Shown one piece after another: positions 1 to 13,449 of a stretch of DNA of 64,000 bases. The position numbers and the translations under genes are program-made. The DNA lies in assembly GCF_009834535.1 (NCBI RefSeq), contig NC_045696.1, forward strand, positions 25,174,001 to 25,238,000, read 5' to 3'. Below the pieces are notes generated by a model, which did not search any database, was not told the DNA's origin, and was given only the letters and a program-made list of their open reading frames with translations. Each line of letters begins with the position of its first letter. Position 1 is the stretch's first letter. Origin of the DNA: Camelus ferus. Its lineage: Eukaryota.

Positions 1-99
1 TTATCCTCACAAACTTTCTAAAGCCTCCCTCTTCAGTCCCCCAGAACCTCCATCATGCCAAGTCCCAACGTTTGATTATCAGCCTTATTTTATTTGAAC

Positions 100-1203
100 T
101 CACTGCCTTCTTTTAATAAGGGAGTCAAGAGCTGATTCCTCCCTTCTAAGAAATATACCCTTCACTTGAATTTCAGGACATTAATTCTTTCATTTCCTCC
201 TATTTCTATGGCTTTTCTGATCTCCTTTGTTAGATCCTCCACTTTGTTTCTGTTGTTTAAAGTTGTGATCCCCTAGGATTCAGTGTGTGGCTTTCTTCTC
301 ACATCTCTGTCTATACTCGCTCTCAATGAGCTCATTCAGGCACCCACTTTTTATTTTGCATATACCGTTTATATGCTAATGACATCCATATTTATCTCTC
401 AGCCCTGAGCTCTAGTTTTAACACATCCAAGATGGAATTCTTGATTCTCTGTCCCCTCAAACCTGTTTTTCTCTTCTCTGTAAGTGGCATCAACGTTCAC
501 TCAGTTTCTTGTGCTAAAAACCTTGATTCCTTTCTTTTCCTTTTGCCACATATCCAATGTATCAAAAGTTTGAAACCACTCCCCTTTAAAATATAATCTG
601 GATATGATAAACGATCTCAAACTCCACAGACTCCCTCCTGGTCCAAATCCCCATACTATTTCTCCTAAGAGGTGATACTTTAAAAATGTAAATCAGAACA
701 TTATCACTCCCTGCCTCAACTGCAAACTTAGAATAAAATGCAAGACCAGTAGCCTTGCAGGATCAAGCTCCTGACTGCCTCAGTGCTTCAGCTCCTCTCT
801 CTTCTCCTTCATCACTTGGTTCCTGAACCCACATAGCCCATTCCGCCTCCAGGGCCTGTGCATTTGTTGTGACCTCCGTCTGAAACACACACCCTCTGGG
901 TCACCACATGGCTGATTCCTACTTTCCCCAAGTATCTGCTCAAACCTCACTTCATCAGGGAAACTTCTGCCCATCAGATGTGAAAATACCACATTCCCTT
1001 TTTACCAATTTTGATTTTTTTTTCCTTTGTGGCACATTTTAACTACTTGCAAACTTATTATATATTAATCAGTTTACTTGTTTGTGATGTCTTCATCGTT
1101 AGAGCTGACATCTAAGAGGGTGTTTTGCTCTTCACTGAATCTCCGTGCTGTAGAAAACTCCCTGCCTCATGGTAGGCAGCCAGAAACTCTTTGTTGAATG
1201 AAG
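100..1203 (+). mobile_element. LINE-2 (L2) 3' portion, ancient
   Basis: L2-like pyrimidine-rich body (e.g. aaaatgtaaatcagaacattatcactccctgc; cagggcctgtgcatttgttg; tctgctcaaacctcacttcatcaggg), ending in an L2 tail ttgttgaatgaa at ~1191-1202. Confidence 0.75.
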
Positions 1204-1570
1204 GAATAATAGGGTTTAACACAATGTAGACTAGGAAACTGCTTTGAATTCAAAATCACACACCATTACTTCTAAAAATTCAAGGCCATGTTCCTCCAAG
1301 GTTCCTGAGCTCACTGGGAAGCTGGGTCTCCCTTCTCCTTTCTTGCATCTTCCCTCTTCTTTATTTTTCCTCCCCACTTTCCTCTCTGCAGTAGTCAGAG
1401 AAAAACTTCAAAATCCCTGCATCCTTATTAGTAAATCATTTACCATACCAGACTAGTTACTGAATCCCTGGTTTGTAGAATTAAAACACTCCATTAAAGA
1501 ACTCATAAATAAGTCTTCCACCCCTAGCAGGTATTATCCTGGTCTTCTATGAGGCTCATCTGGAAATATT

Positions 1571-1589
1571 TCTCTCTCTCTCTCTCTCT
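1571..1589. repeat. (TC)n microsatellite
   Basis: tctctctctctctctctct read directly. Confidence 0.9.
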
Positions 1590-3094
1590 GCCCCTCTTCC
1601 CTTTCTTTGTCTTTGTTGTGTCTTTCCTTTTCACTCTGAACCGAGACAGCTTTGTAATAGAGATATGCCAAGGCTGGCTGCTCAGTGAGGCACCAGAGCC
1701 ACCAGGGCATGCTGCCTCCCAAGGCAACCTATTTCAATTTCCAACAACTCTAATTTTAAAAATGCTCTTTTTATATGATGAGCTAATATTTGCCTGGCTG
1801 TAACTTTGATCCATTGGTCCTATTTCTGCTGGCTAGGGCTCCTAAGCATAACTATTTCCTGAGCAGAAATAGAACAGCTGCTTAACACCTCCCATATGCT
1901 ATTGCTTTATATAGTTGAAAATTGTAAATCCCCCAGCCTCCAGCACCTCCACCATACACTTTGTCAGCCTTCTGTTCTCTGTTGTAAATAAATTCAGCTC
2001 TGTAGTCTTTCCTCAAATGACCCATTTCCCAAACACTTTATTACCTTTGAACTCAAGAGAGAGGATCAAGTCTTTTCTGGGCAACTCAGCCATTTCTGGG
2101 ATTTTTTTTTTTTTTTTCAGGGAGGGACGAATAGTTTGTCAGTCAGTTGTGAGTTTCATTTTTAGCAACTTAACTATTTAACTGCAGTTTATTTAGAGTA
2201 GCACATGTATGTTGATGTATTCAATAAACATCAGCGGTCTCATTAGATGTAAAGTACTATACAAAGTTTAAAATAAACTTAAGGCTTCACCACAGGTCTT
2301 GAACAGTTTGGTTCAATTTGTGCAGTTGCTAAATATTCTTATGAGCTTTGAAGTGCAATTTAGATTCTTTGGTGCCCAATGCTCTTATTAAAAGATGCAT
2401 AAGAGTTTAGTAACATCCTTAATGCACTTCCAGGTATATGGTGTTCCAGGGCTGAACAAAAGGGTGCTAAGCCACTAACCTATCTCCCTGGCGATGGGTC
2501 CAGAATTTTGACTCCCTCTGGGTAAATGGTAGCTACATTCATTTCATTAACTTGTAGGTTATAAGTTAATTTAGGGGGAATATGCTATTATAGATTTGGA
2601 TGAGTTCCATTAAACTCCATTAAAACTTTGACTGTAGGAGATGCATTAATAGAGCTTCAAAGTCAGTCAATCAAAAGATTGATGGAGTATATAGAATGGA
2701 CCATTAAATGGAATATTTGATATGAACTGTTAAATCTTTCAGAGGAATTCTTTGGAGGATTGGTTAATATACATTTATTTAATTTTTTTTAACTTTAGAT
2801 AGGGATTTGGGGATTGTCTTTCTAATGTATGTATCTGTGTTAATACTTATTAATGGAAATAGTATAAGATATTTAATTAGGGTTCTCTGTGAGTCTATTG
2901 TGGTGAATCAGTTTATCAGCCTAAGCCCCCTGTGGATTCTTACAAACTAGCATTGCCTAACAGTGTTAAATAAGGAAGCTGTCTAAAGATCTTTGAAATT
3001 CATATAAACCTGTAAAATTTCAGGAAGGGAACTAATCTCTTGTTTTGTCCCAGGAAGTTGTCAGATACTTCTAATCATGTTTTATTTACTCAAT

Positions 3095-3235
3095 ATAATT
3101 TCTGAGGTAAATATTACTTTTTATTATTCTCATTTTTCATTTGAGAAAACTGAGACTCATACATTTATGCCAATTGCCAGTGTAATTGAGCAAAACCAGT
3201 GTTTAAATTTAGATCTGCCTTATTCTAAATCCCAG
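3095..3235 (-). mobile_element. MIR SINE fragment
   Basis: Reverse-complement MIR core: attattctcatttttcatttgagaaaactgagactca. Confidence 0.6.
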
Positions 3236-3489
3236 AAATAAAACAACTTCTATTAACTTAATATACCAGGCTGTCTGCTGGGCAGTGATGTTTATAGTGG
3301 GATAATCCAACTTCAGTCATTAGAATATGTTGTTAGTTAACCATGAGTAAATAATATGAATAGTGAATGAATGAATCTCTTGTGAATGTTTGGTCCCATG
3401 AAAATCTAATTAAAGACTGAATATTACAGATAAGGGAAGTAAATTCTATTATTATGCTTTTGATAGGACTCACAATATTCATGGAAAAA

Positions 3490-3630
3490 TATTTTATTTC
3501 CGGTGTAGAGGAGCAAAGCTATATCTCAGAGATGTTAAATAATTTGCCCACAGCTGCACACTTGGAAAAATGCAGAGCCAAAATTCAAACACGTGCCTTC
3601 CTGCCTCTATGAACTTGCTCTTTTTATACC
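3490..3630 (-). mobile_element. MIR SINE fragment
   Basis: ctcagagatgttaaataatttgcccacagctgcacac...gcagagccaaaattcaaac matches the antisense MIR core. Confidence 0.6.
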
Positions 3631-3839
3631 AGAAGAAATGACTTATGGTTGGCTTCAGTTTCATCTGATAGCAAATGAATGGCCAGCCAAAAATTAATTA
3701 GGAAAGATGGCTATTTTTGTTTTGTTTTATTTTGTTTATTTTGGAGATGTGATAAAAATATAATCAGGGGCAGTCCACTAAAGCAAAATTTATCCAGGAG
3801 TTTCTTCTTAAAATATAAATTATACACATTAAACCATTT

Positions 3840-4215
3840 TCTTTGTTTTAGTTGGACTGAGTTGATGTCACATGTTGCAAAAGACAAACCTCCCCATGAC
3901 TTAACACAAAATAGGTTTATTTTTCCCTCACATAGAGTTCATTGTGGGTCAAGGCTTTCCTCTCCAAACAGTGCCTCAGTTTCTGTCTTTCAGCTGTATC
4001 GTTTGGAATCCAGGCTTCCCAAGTCCCCAGAGAGGGATCAAAGAGCTTGGGGTTCGTGTAGGATGATTTTAAGCACCATGCCTGGAAACGGTTTACATCA
4101 CTTTTATTCACATCTCAATGCCAAGAACCTGATCAAATACTGGCAACCCCACTGCAGAGGAAGCTGGTACCTGTATGGGAGCCTATGGGCATCTGGATAA
4201 CACTCTGAGTCTGTG
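3840..4215 (-). mobile_element. Old MaLR LTR (MLT1 family, J/K/L-like)
   Basis: gacttaacacaaaataggtttatttttccctcacat ... catcacttttattcacatctcaatgccaagaac ... actgcagaggaagctgg are typical antisense MLT1 motifs. Confidence 0.5.
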
Positions 4216-5399
4216 CTATGCTTCAATAAGAATTTATTTAAAGATTCCTTCTTGGCACCTGATACACATTCCTAGGTGAACACATAGCCTAGTCATTGAA
4301 ATGCAATCAGAACTGAACAGTAGAGCGTAAGAGATCGGAGGAGATGGCCCTGGAGTCAGAAAAAAATACATGCCCATATTGGATTTTAACTGAAAAGAGA
4401 AAATATGAAATGTCTTAACAGGGAGGTTGGAGAGATATGGACAGACATTTCCAAATCAGAATAAACTGCCTTTGTGACTTAACCTAAAAGCAGCAGCAAT
4501 GTCCCCAGATCAGAAAACTTGATACAGGTTTGGTTTGACTTCTCTTTCACTGTTTAAAGTCTCCATCTTTGGAAAAAGTTAAGATGAATTAAAGGTATAT
4601 TCTTTGAAATCATCAGGATTAAAACTAATATATTTCTGCAGCCGTGTAGGCACTAGTGGGATGAGTCAGTCAAAACTGTAGTGATTTTTTAGGATGATTG
4701 CACTGCTTTGAAGATTAGATAGAAAAGTTCAAAGACCACAATAGCTGTAACTAATATAATACTGAAAGGATTTCAAATTGATATAAAGATGGACAAAAAT
4801 AAACAGAAGTGTAAGAAAAGATTCTCATTGCCAATAACAAGACAGCTGTTTAGAAATCACTTTGCCAGCTGAGCCATTTCCAGATTGGATTATTACTAAA
4901 GAGTAGTGGAAGATTTGAGTATATTCGATTTAATTTTAAGGTACTCTCTGTGCTTTCTACTATATGTAAAAAAAGAATCAGCTTGTCAGTAGGTCACCAA
5001 GGGTAAGGAAGTGAATTATGCCACTATGTTGCAGCTAGTTTTGAAACATTCTGAAAATATTGTGACATTTAGCTACCTTTTCTCTTCTATTTTGAAACAA
5101 ATAAACATTTTTCTCTGGCAGATAAATGTGTATTTTAGGGATAATGACACTTCATACATTGATTTTTCAGCAACTGTTTCAGCAGCTGGTGACTTTTTGG
5201 TTGATTTTATGCACTCTACTTTCTGGACAAATACATGTTACTGTTATTTCAGCATCATGATTGATAGCTTGAATAAAGTCATGCTTGATTGAAAGTACAG
5301 GAAAAAAGTGAATTGAATGATTGAAAATGCCGTATTGAAGGTATCTGAAAAACTGGTCAGGAAAGGAAAAGACTTATCATGACATTTTTATATGAACTG

Positions 5400-6285
5400 T
5401 ACCATTAATTAAAGAGTACCTGAGAAACATCTCTTTATAAAAATGTCACACATAATAAATTTAAAAGATATATCAAAATTTAAGTATCATTTTTTGCAAC
5501 CCCTAGTGAATTAATAGAGATAGGCCCAATGATTAGTGGCTTTTAACGTCACAAAAGGATAGACAACTAGACATCATGTGATGAAAAAACACATCACCAC
5601 CTATAGTTCACAAAAGAAACAGAACCTGAGTGTGATCCAGCTTCCAGTTTGCAAGATATACAGAGAACAGAAGAACATATGGAATTGTACCATGAGGTTG
5701 CAACCAGCAAAATCTGAACTATAGAAAACATCACTGGAAAAGAAAAAGATGGAGGGAAACTATCAAAGATTTTCAGATACTAATTACTATATATGAAATA
5801 GATAAATGGCATGATCCCACTGTGTAGCACAGGGAACGATATCCGATACCTTGTAATAGCCTATAATGAAAAATAATATGAAAAGGAATATACATATCTG
5901 TATAACTGAATCACATATGCTGTACACCAGAAATTAACACATTATAAACAGACTATATTTCAATAAAAAATAACTTTAAAAACATAGCAAACTTCAAAAA
6001 TGGGCAAAATTAAATTACAGTTTCTGTGGAAGTACGTTTAGGTTGCAAATCTATTTAAAAATAAAAACAAGGAGGGATTACAGTAACAGAAAAGTGGTTG
6101 CTTTTGGAGGGAGAGAAGGGCTGTGATAGGGATGTGGTCCATGGAAGTGGCTTCTAGGATGAGTAGCAAAGTCCTATCTTGAAGTGAACTGTGGTTACAG
6201 TTTGTACGTCTTGAGCTAATTTGTTAAGCCATACAAATACTTTTGTGTGGTTTACTTTATCTATTTTACAATGAAAACATTTTAA
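5400..6285 (+). mobile_element. Old L1M (L1MC-like) 3' region, interrupted by a younger L1 3' end
   Basis: tatcattttttgcaacccctagtgaattaat; aacgtcacaaaaggatagacaactagacatcatgtg; gtggttgcttttggagggagagaagggctgtgataggg; ends in an A-rich tail near 6280. Confidence 0.55.
5775..5970 (+). mobile_element. Cetartiodactyl-type L1 3' UTR fragment (5'-truncated)
   Basis: aaatagataaa...tgtagcacagggaacgatatccgataccttgtaatagcctataatgaaaaa...tataactgaatcacatatgctgtacaccagaaattaacac...caataaaaaa. Homologous to the 3' UTR of the L1 at 52.2-52.5 kb. Confidence 0.8.
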
Positions 6286-9200
6286 GACATTTAGTAAATA
6301 TACAACCTAAAGAATATCTGAAACCCCATGAAATATTAAACATGGATTCACGTGAATAGGTGTCGCTAATCTTTGAATTTATTGCAAAGAAATCCTAATT
6401 GTAAAATGACTTAGTGTGCTTTCTTAATTGCTTTCAGTGAGACGGTTTTCCTTTCTACTTTTTCCTGTCAAAGAAACCGGTTGGTTACATTTCGGTTTTT
6501 TTCATCCAAAAGACATATTGATTTTACTAGGAGGCTGAATGATCCCATTTTGTTTCTCCTAGCTTATTTCTTCTCTAAGGTTCTAAATTTCAGATCTATC
6601 ATTTTTGACATATTTTTGGCTGCCTTACCATTTTTCCCTGCTAGTTTAAATGTCCTTTAGGATTACTGTTTTGAATCAGAACATCATAAGTGTTGTATTA
6701 AATATTATAGAATGAGATGAGGTTTTAAGGGAGTAACCATGTTCTCGTAAGAGAACCATACACTGAAAATAAGAGGAAATACGAAAACAAACAGAAGATT
6801 CTCCCATGTGCTTAAGGTGACTGAAAAAAGAAAAGTGTTTCAAAGGTCATTTATCTGGGCCGCACAGTAAAGTTATTTATAAAACTGCAAAAGTAGCCAT
6901 ACAGGTGCAAAAACTGAAGAATAGTGTATTTGTTGTTATGTTATAGACTTCTCATTACACAGGCTCATTCTGAATTGGACTCCAGAATGGGAATTTGTAA
7001 GAATAAATCAGTTTCTGACATCAGATAACTAAGGTATACAAAAATGAGTTGAAACCCCATCTGTGCAAAATGTATGATGCAGTGGGGAGGGTTTGAAAGG
7101 GACCAATGTACTTGTCAGTGCAAAGATCTTATTGTTTGTCAGGTCTTGAGCTCAATAACAGCCTTATGCAGGTGATGCTCTGTAACTATAGAATTAATGA
7201 TTAAAAAAAAGAAAACGGCTATAATTAAATTGTGCCTGCTTGTCTGTACATGCATGTAAATCCTCATCTTGTTAAAGAACAGAAAGAATTGGTATCCTCA
7301 GAGCCTAAGGACTGGTCATTTTTCTGGGGTCAGTTATCCAACTCCACCCACTCCATTAAGTTTCTTTAAAGTCTTAGCAACTTACCAGTAAGGCTTTTGT
7401 CCACTCTAACTTTTAAAAATAAAATTTGTTAATAATACTTTGCTGATTTATATGAACCCTCTGTTTTAATTTAAACAATTCTGAGGCAATACTACATTTT
7501 GCCGTGGAGAGCTTTTCTAGGGCTCACGAGATTTGTGGATTGGTTCAGCCAGAACGCAGTCAGGGTAAGTAGAGTTTTGTGTGCCAAGTCAGTTAACATA
7601 AAAAATGGAAGTATTTATTACAGCATAGTAACCCCCAATGTGTGTAATCTGCAGCTGTATAATCAGGAATTGACTGCAATTCTGTTTTCAAATGAAAAGC
7701 ACTCTATACTTAATTGTAAAGGGACAGATATTTCTGAATATTTTGTGGAATCTGTACCTAAAATGATGGAAGTTCGTGTAGGGATCAATTAGGCAGATTT
7801 CCCCACTCCAGCCTCATGTTGGCATCTGCCTTTTGTGGAAACAAGGCAGTTACATTTCCAGGAGCCCACTGTCTTATCAGAAAAGCAGTGACCAGGTGCG
7901 TCCTAATTTTTGAATCTTTTTTCTTTGTTGTGTTGGCTCTGATCTGTTCGTGAAGAAAATCTTGTTTATGCTCCTATAGGTTTGTCTGCCTCTTCTAAGT
8001 TGTAGAGTCACCCAGAGAAAGGCAATTTCTTATGTCCTGGAATGTTTGTATCTTCTCTCCTTCCAGAACCTGAGGTCTGAAAGAGCCTCAGATCTACCGC
8101 ATTTGACATGGAATTCCTTCTCTTTCCCCCCAAATCACTTTTATTTTTCACATGTTTATGATCTCTCAGAGAAGCTCTCTCAGCCAGAATATGTGAACTG
8201 TCTCAGGACCATGGGAACCAAAAAGTCAACAAGTGAGAAGTTTGCTTTGTGTTAGGATGGTTTTGCCTATTGTCAGACACCACCCTCAGTCTAAGATCAT
8301 GACAGGATCTTTCCAGAATCACCTAAACCAGGAGCGTGGGAGTCACCTATTTCACCTCCTGTCCCCACTGCCTTCTATCAGACCTTTCCCCCAAATTGTC
8401 CCGTTCTGCCTCTTTAACTTTCTCTCTTTCCATCTGCTCTGTTCTGACCCTAGGCCAGGCCCTCATTGGCTCTAAGGGCCCCTTAACTCCTCCCTCTGAT
8501 TTTAGGCTTGTGTCCTTCCCATCCAATCTCCACACCAGTGGTCTCCAAACTGAAGTGAAAAATACTTCAAAAGATCTAAGTCCACATATTTATGGCTACT
8601 ATACCTAAAACCTTCACAAACTCACATAGTTGTGCTTGTATTATCTCCACTCAGTGTCTTTGAAACTGTTGGATACACTGAGCAAGTGCTGATAATTCCT
8701 TGCCTAGCCGTACTCAGAATGAATGGAGGTAGTAAAGTGAGGGTTTTGTTGGCAAACGAGTGGTGGGAACATTTATATATTGAGCTAACTTAAGACGTGT
8801 TGCCTTGCAGTCTCTCTCTTCCTCTCTGGAACTTGGCAGTTTGGTGAGAAAGACTTGGAACCACCTTTGTTTGGAGAATCTAGGATCCTTTTTCTGACAA
8901 GGCTCATTTCTTGAATCAAGACATCATGGAATATTCTATTATATAGTCAGAATACTTACTATCTTTGGCATAAACTACAGTAAATTCTATATTGTTGTAG
9001 GTGTAACATTCTGTATAGTAATTCTTATGCATAATGAAGTAGGAGAACAGTTAAACTAGACTAAAAGAAGGAATAAAAAGAATTATGTGTGCAGAAGGCT
9101 TGCAGACATTTAAACCATTACTCCTTTAAGATGGCCATCATGTTTCTGGAGGTGAATGTGAGATCTGTAATGAATTTTAAAGTGTTCCTCCTTGCCTGCA

Positions 9201-9334
9201 TGGTTAACTCCATTATCTATAATCATTTACAACCAGTTATCTTAATAAAAGCTAAAGACTTGGATTTTTGTTTAGTAAAAGAGGTAGTGGAATCGTAATG
9301 CGACTTAACCAAGGTTAACTTGAGATTCCACTCC

Positions 9335-9695
9335 TGCTATAGATTTGAATATTTGTGTCCTCCATATGCATATGTTGAAGCCGAATCCCAACGTGATGCT
9401 ATTTGGAGGTGGGACCTTTGGGAAGTACTTGGGTTTGGATGAGATGTTGGTGGTTGAGCTCCCATGATGGGACTAGTGCTCTTATAAGAGATGGAGAGCA
9501 TAGAGCTCCCTGTTTCCACATGTGGACACAGAGTGAAGAGTGTTATCTATGAACCAGGAAAAGGACCTTACCATACACCAAATCTGCCAATACCTTGATC
9601 TTAGACTTCCCAGCATTAAGAACTATGAGACATTGTGTTAGTTGTTTAAGTCACCTCATCTATGGCATTTTGTTATAGCAGCCTGAACTAAGACA
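9335..9695 (+). mobile_element. MaLR solo LTR (MLT1A/MST-like), near full length
   Basis: TG...CA ends (tgctatagatttgaat ... gcagcctgaactaagaca), tttggaggtgggacctttggg, cttataagag TATA-like box, ccttgatcttagacttcccagc. Confidence 0.85.
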
Positions 9696-11914
9696 GCAAA
9701 ACAGAATCACTGCAGATTTTTACATGACACCTATGAAGTACATCCTTGGACAGAAAGAATTAGTTCTCTTGAGAGTATAATACAAAGGATTTCATCACTG
9801 CCGACATTCCTTAACTAAAGCCAGTGATAATATTGCACTTCTTACTAGATTTTTACCCAAAACCTGAACAAAACTGAGCCTGTGAGAAAATGCAAATTAA
9901 AGTTCATACATCTCAAAGCAAATTTTCTGACTGTCATTTGCTGCATTCTTCAGTTTAGAACATTAAGAGTCATATTAAAGGTAAAGTGTAGATGTAATAA
10001 TTATGGACTGTTTCTACAGAAGACTTCCCCATGTCCAACCTGCATTTAATAAATGCAAGATTTGCTCAATGTTAGTTTTGCAGCTGAAAATCCCATTTCT
10101 CTCATGACAGGAACAAAATCACAATGATACCTATCAAATAAATTATTGGACAATATTACCTTGTTTACTAAACTATGATGCATGAGATTCTAATATGTGA
10201 TAAAAGAGTTTGGGATAGAAACTGTTATTAAAAAATTTGGTCCAAATGCTTATGTATTTATTAATACCTAGGTTAAGTGGAACTATTAATAATGTTATAT
10301 GATTTGTGTAAAGTGTTAATATATAAGAGACATGTAAAATGGCATGTAGAGAATATGGAATCTTGTGTATTACATAAGTTGAAATCATAAGGAAATGGGT
10401 TGTGAGCTTAGAATTGACATTAGAATATTATTAAACCAGATGGCATAAGAAAAGATTTTTAGAGAGTCTTATTAAAAGGCTTGTGTAGACATTGGGGCCC
10501 AACTGGGGAGAGTTATCACGGAGAAGTGGAGGTCACCAAGGTGAAGGCCATGAAAATAACTGCACAGCCCGGTCTGGGTTTGCCACTGTCCTACATAAGC
10601 ATTTAAACTCCATTGTGAAATTTTTCCTATAAAGTTTCTGACATGTCAATTTCATATAATTTGAAACTGTCAGATTACCTTATAACTCGTACCACGTAGT
10701 ACTTAATGAGCTATGTGAATCCAATGGAAAACACACTGAAGTTCCTGTTTCTTCTGAGCGACAGCAGTTGCACAGATACTGTCTCTTTTCATAAAGCACA
10801 ATTAGATTCATTTTGGGGTGGTTAAAGTTACTTTTCATTCTTAGCCAAGACCACTTAATACTTTAGAAAATACAGTGATTTTGATGACAGGAAAGGGTAA
10901 AAAAAGTCAAATAGCAAATTTAGTTGATACATTAAACTTTCTAATCAAATCTGATCTCTGAGGAAAATAAAAGCAACATCTTATAAAATGCTCTTATTTT
11001 GTTTATTCTCAAATTCTTTCTGTTTCTCAGGGCATGATTCTATTTTCTATTGTGCCTATTGTTGAATATTTGTGTGTTAATATGAGAAAAATTCTAAAGT
11101 ACACTGTTGCCCAATATAAAGTGAAACAGGTTGAAAACATGTCTGAATGTGAGCTAAAACGTTGTGTATTTCAAGTTAACATCACAAGTCTCCAAACCAG
11201 TGAGTCACATGAAGGAACTCTGCTTCCAGTAGTGTTCTGTGGCCCCATGAGTAAGGGTCACTGGGGAATCATGGCACACTTCAGCCCCCTACTTGGGTTA
11301 GCCCTTCTCTTCTCATTGTCCTTTTCTCAGAGAACTCCTATTTTATAAACACTTCCTGACCTCCTCTCCAGGCATTTTAGCATATTTTCCCCTTTTATCC
11401 AAATTGAAGCTCACATGATGCTTCCTTGTGCTTTCATGGTGCCCTTGCTTCTTACTTTGCTGTAGACTTTATCACATTTTACTGAGGTTTTTTTTACTTG
11501 CCTTCATTTCCCCTGTTTGACTAGAAAATACTCCAGATCATGATTCTCATATGTATCTGTCTCAGCATTTGTCAAACTTCTTGATATTTCATGTGCATTT
11601 GAGTACATACATACATGAAAGAGTGACCTCTGCAATTTCATTTAAGGCTCCATCTGAATTCTTATCTCATTTAAATCAAAACATGTGTGGTTATAATACA
11701 TATTTTGATATATGTTATATATTTTGATATACATTGTATATATTTGATATATAATATATATATTTGATTTTTTATGTGTTATATAAGCAGACATTGTTAA
11801 CACTATCAATTTTTAGTTTGGTGGGCTACTATCCTGAGCAACTACTGAAAAAAAGTCTTTTTAACTAATTTGAACTGAATCGTATGGGGAGATTTAGGTG
11901 GAATTACTTCCTTG

Positions 11915-12025
11915 ATAGTTCAAACAGTCAGTAAAGATTTATTTTGCACATGCTGTGTGTGAGGCAGTGTGTTAGACATGGGGCACAAGATGAGTAAGGC
12001 AACTTGCTCTTGCCCTAGCACAGCA
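11915..12025 (-). mobile_element. L2 3' end fragment
   Basis: cagtaaagatttattttgcacatgctgtgtgtgaggcagtgtgttagacatgggg is the antisense L2 tail. Confidence 0.55.
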
Positions 12026-12094
12026 GTTAAGAGCAAAAACTTGTGGGTGAAGCATCTTTGATTTGTCATACTTCTTTGTCATGAGCAAATTACT

Positions 12095-12980
12095 TTATTG
12101 TATTTTATTTTTTTCTTCACTATAGAAATTTTGGAAAGTAGAGAAATCACTTAAAATCTTTTGTATCTAATAAAACTTAAAGTTCACATTTTGAAATATT
12201 TATTCCCAATTTACCCCCCATATATTATGTCAAATACAAAATTGGGACCACAACATGTATACACTTTTGTATAGTGATATTTTCTCACTTAGCATCCCTA
12301 TTATTCCTTTGTGTTACTGCATTGACTTCAAAAATATTTCGATAGCTATATTTTTCTTCATTATTCAGTGTCCAGATTATTTTCAATTTTTCATTTGATA
12401 GTGCTCTAAAAAACATAGTTACCTATAGCACTTAGCCACATCCATGATTAATTCTTTAGAATGAATTACTAGGTGACAAATTTGTATCAAATGGCTTTAG
12501 GATAAGGACACCAATCCATCAAGGTTGCTGAAGTCCATTAAAGAGTTTTGGGTGTTTTTTTTTTTTCATGGATGATCAGATTAGTCAAAACAAATAATAA
12601 TTTTATATGTCTTACTATTATTTGCATCTTATTACTTTGATAGAAATTCTAATGTATAAAGTATTGAAGAAATAGTGGGTTTTCTTAGTTTTTACCTCCA
12701 AATTCTAATGGTGAGTCCTCTAGGTTTTACTGATAAATATAATGTTGGATATTGGTTCAAGAGAATTATATTCATCAGGTTAGGAATTACTGATGTGATG
12801 GAGATTTTCTAACACTGGAAATCACTGAATTCTTATTATAAACCTACATAAGTAAGGGAGAGATACTTTTACTATGTGGTATTAAAGTTAATTTCATAGT
12901 ATTGTATTTAAAGTTTTACATGAATATGTAGAATTGACCTATAGTCTATATTTTCTGCATATACTTTTGTATATATTTTG
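12095..12980 (-). mobile_element. Highly degraded old L1 (L1ME-like) fragments
   Basis: Motifs gaaattttggaaagtagagaa, caaaattgggac, ttttctcacttagcat, attctttagaatgaattactaggtg, gaattgacctatagt. Confidence 0.4.
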
Positions 12981-13449
12981 GTTTAGCTTTCATGTCACTT
13001 CCATGTTTGTAATATTAATCATGCATTTTTCAGAGTGTCCTTAGACATGAGATAGAGATTATTCCATTAAAATCTGAAAGGCCAACTTCTAAAATCTTAA
13101 GCTTTAATGTATCTATTTTTAACTGCTATTTTGAGTCTATACAATCCTCTCATTTTCTTATTCTCAGATCAGCTCTTTCATCATCATTGTCTGATTTTCT
13201 GGTTCCTTGAATCAACCATTGTCTTCCAATTTAATAGTCCTGTTCTATTTTCTTTTCTACCCCTATTCCGCTCATTACTCCAACCTTTAAACTAATCCAA
13301 ATTTATCTCAACATCCAGTAACCTAATTCAAAAATTCAGGCAGTTGAAAAAAATTATAGGTCTCTTCAGGGAAATTCCAAACTTAAGATGGATCATCATG
13401 GCTCCCTACAAACAAAAACTGAATTCCAGCATAACACACGCAAGAACAC

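Noticed and set aside
3679..4200. 173-aa ORF
   Set aside because: It mostly overlaps an MLT1 LTR remnant and low-complexity T-rich sequence, with no recognisable domain.
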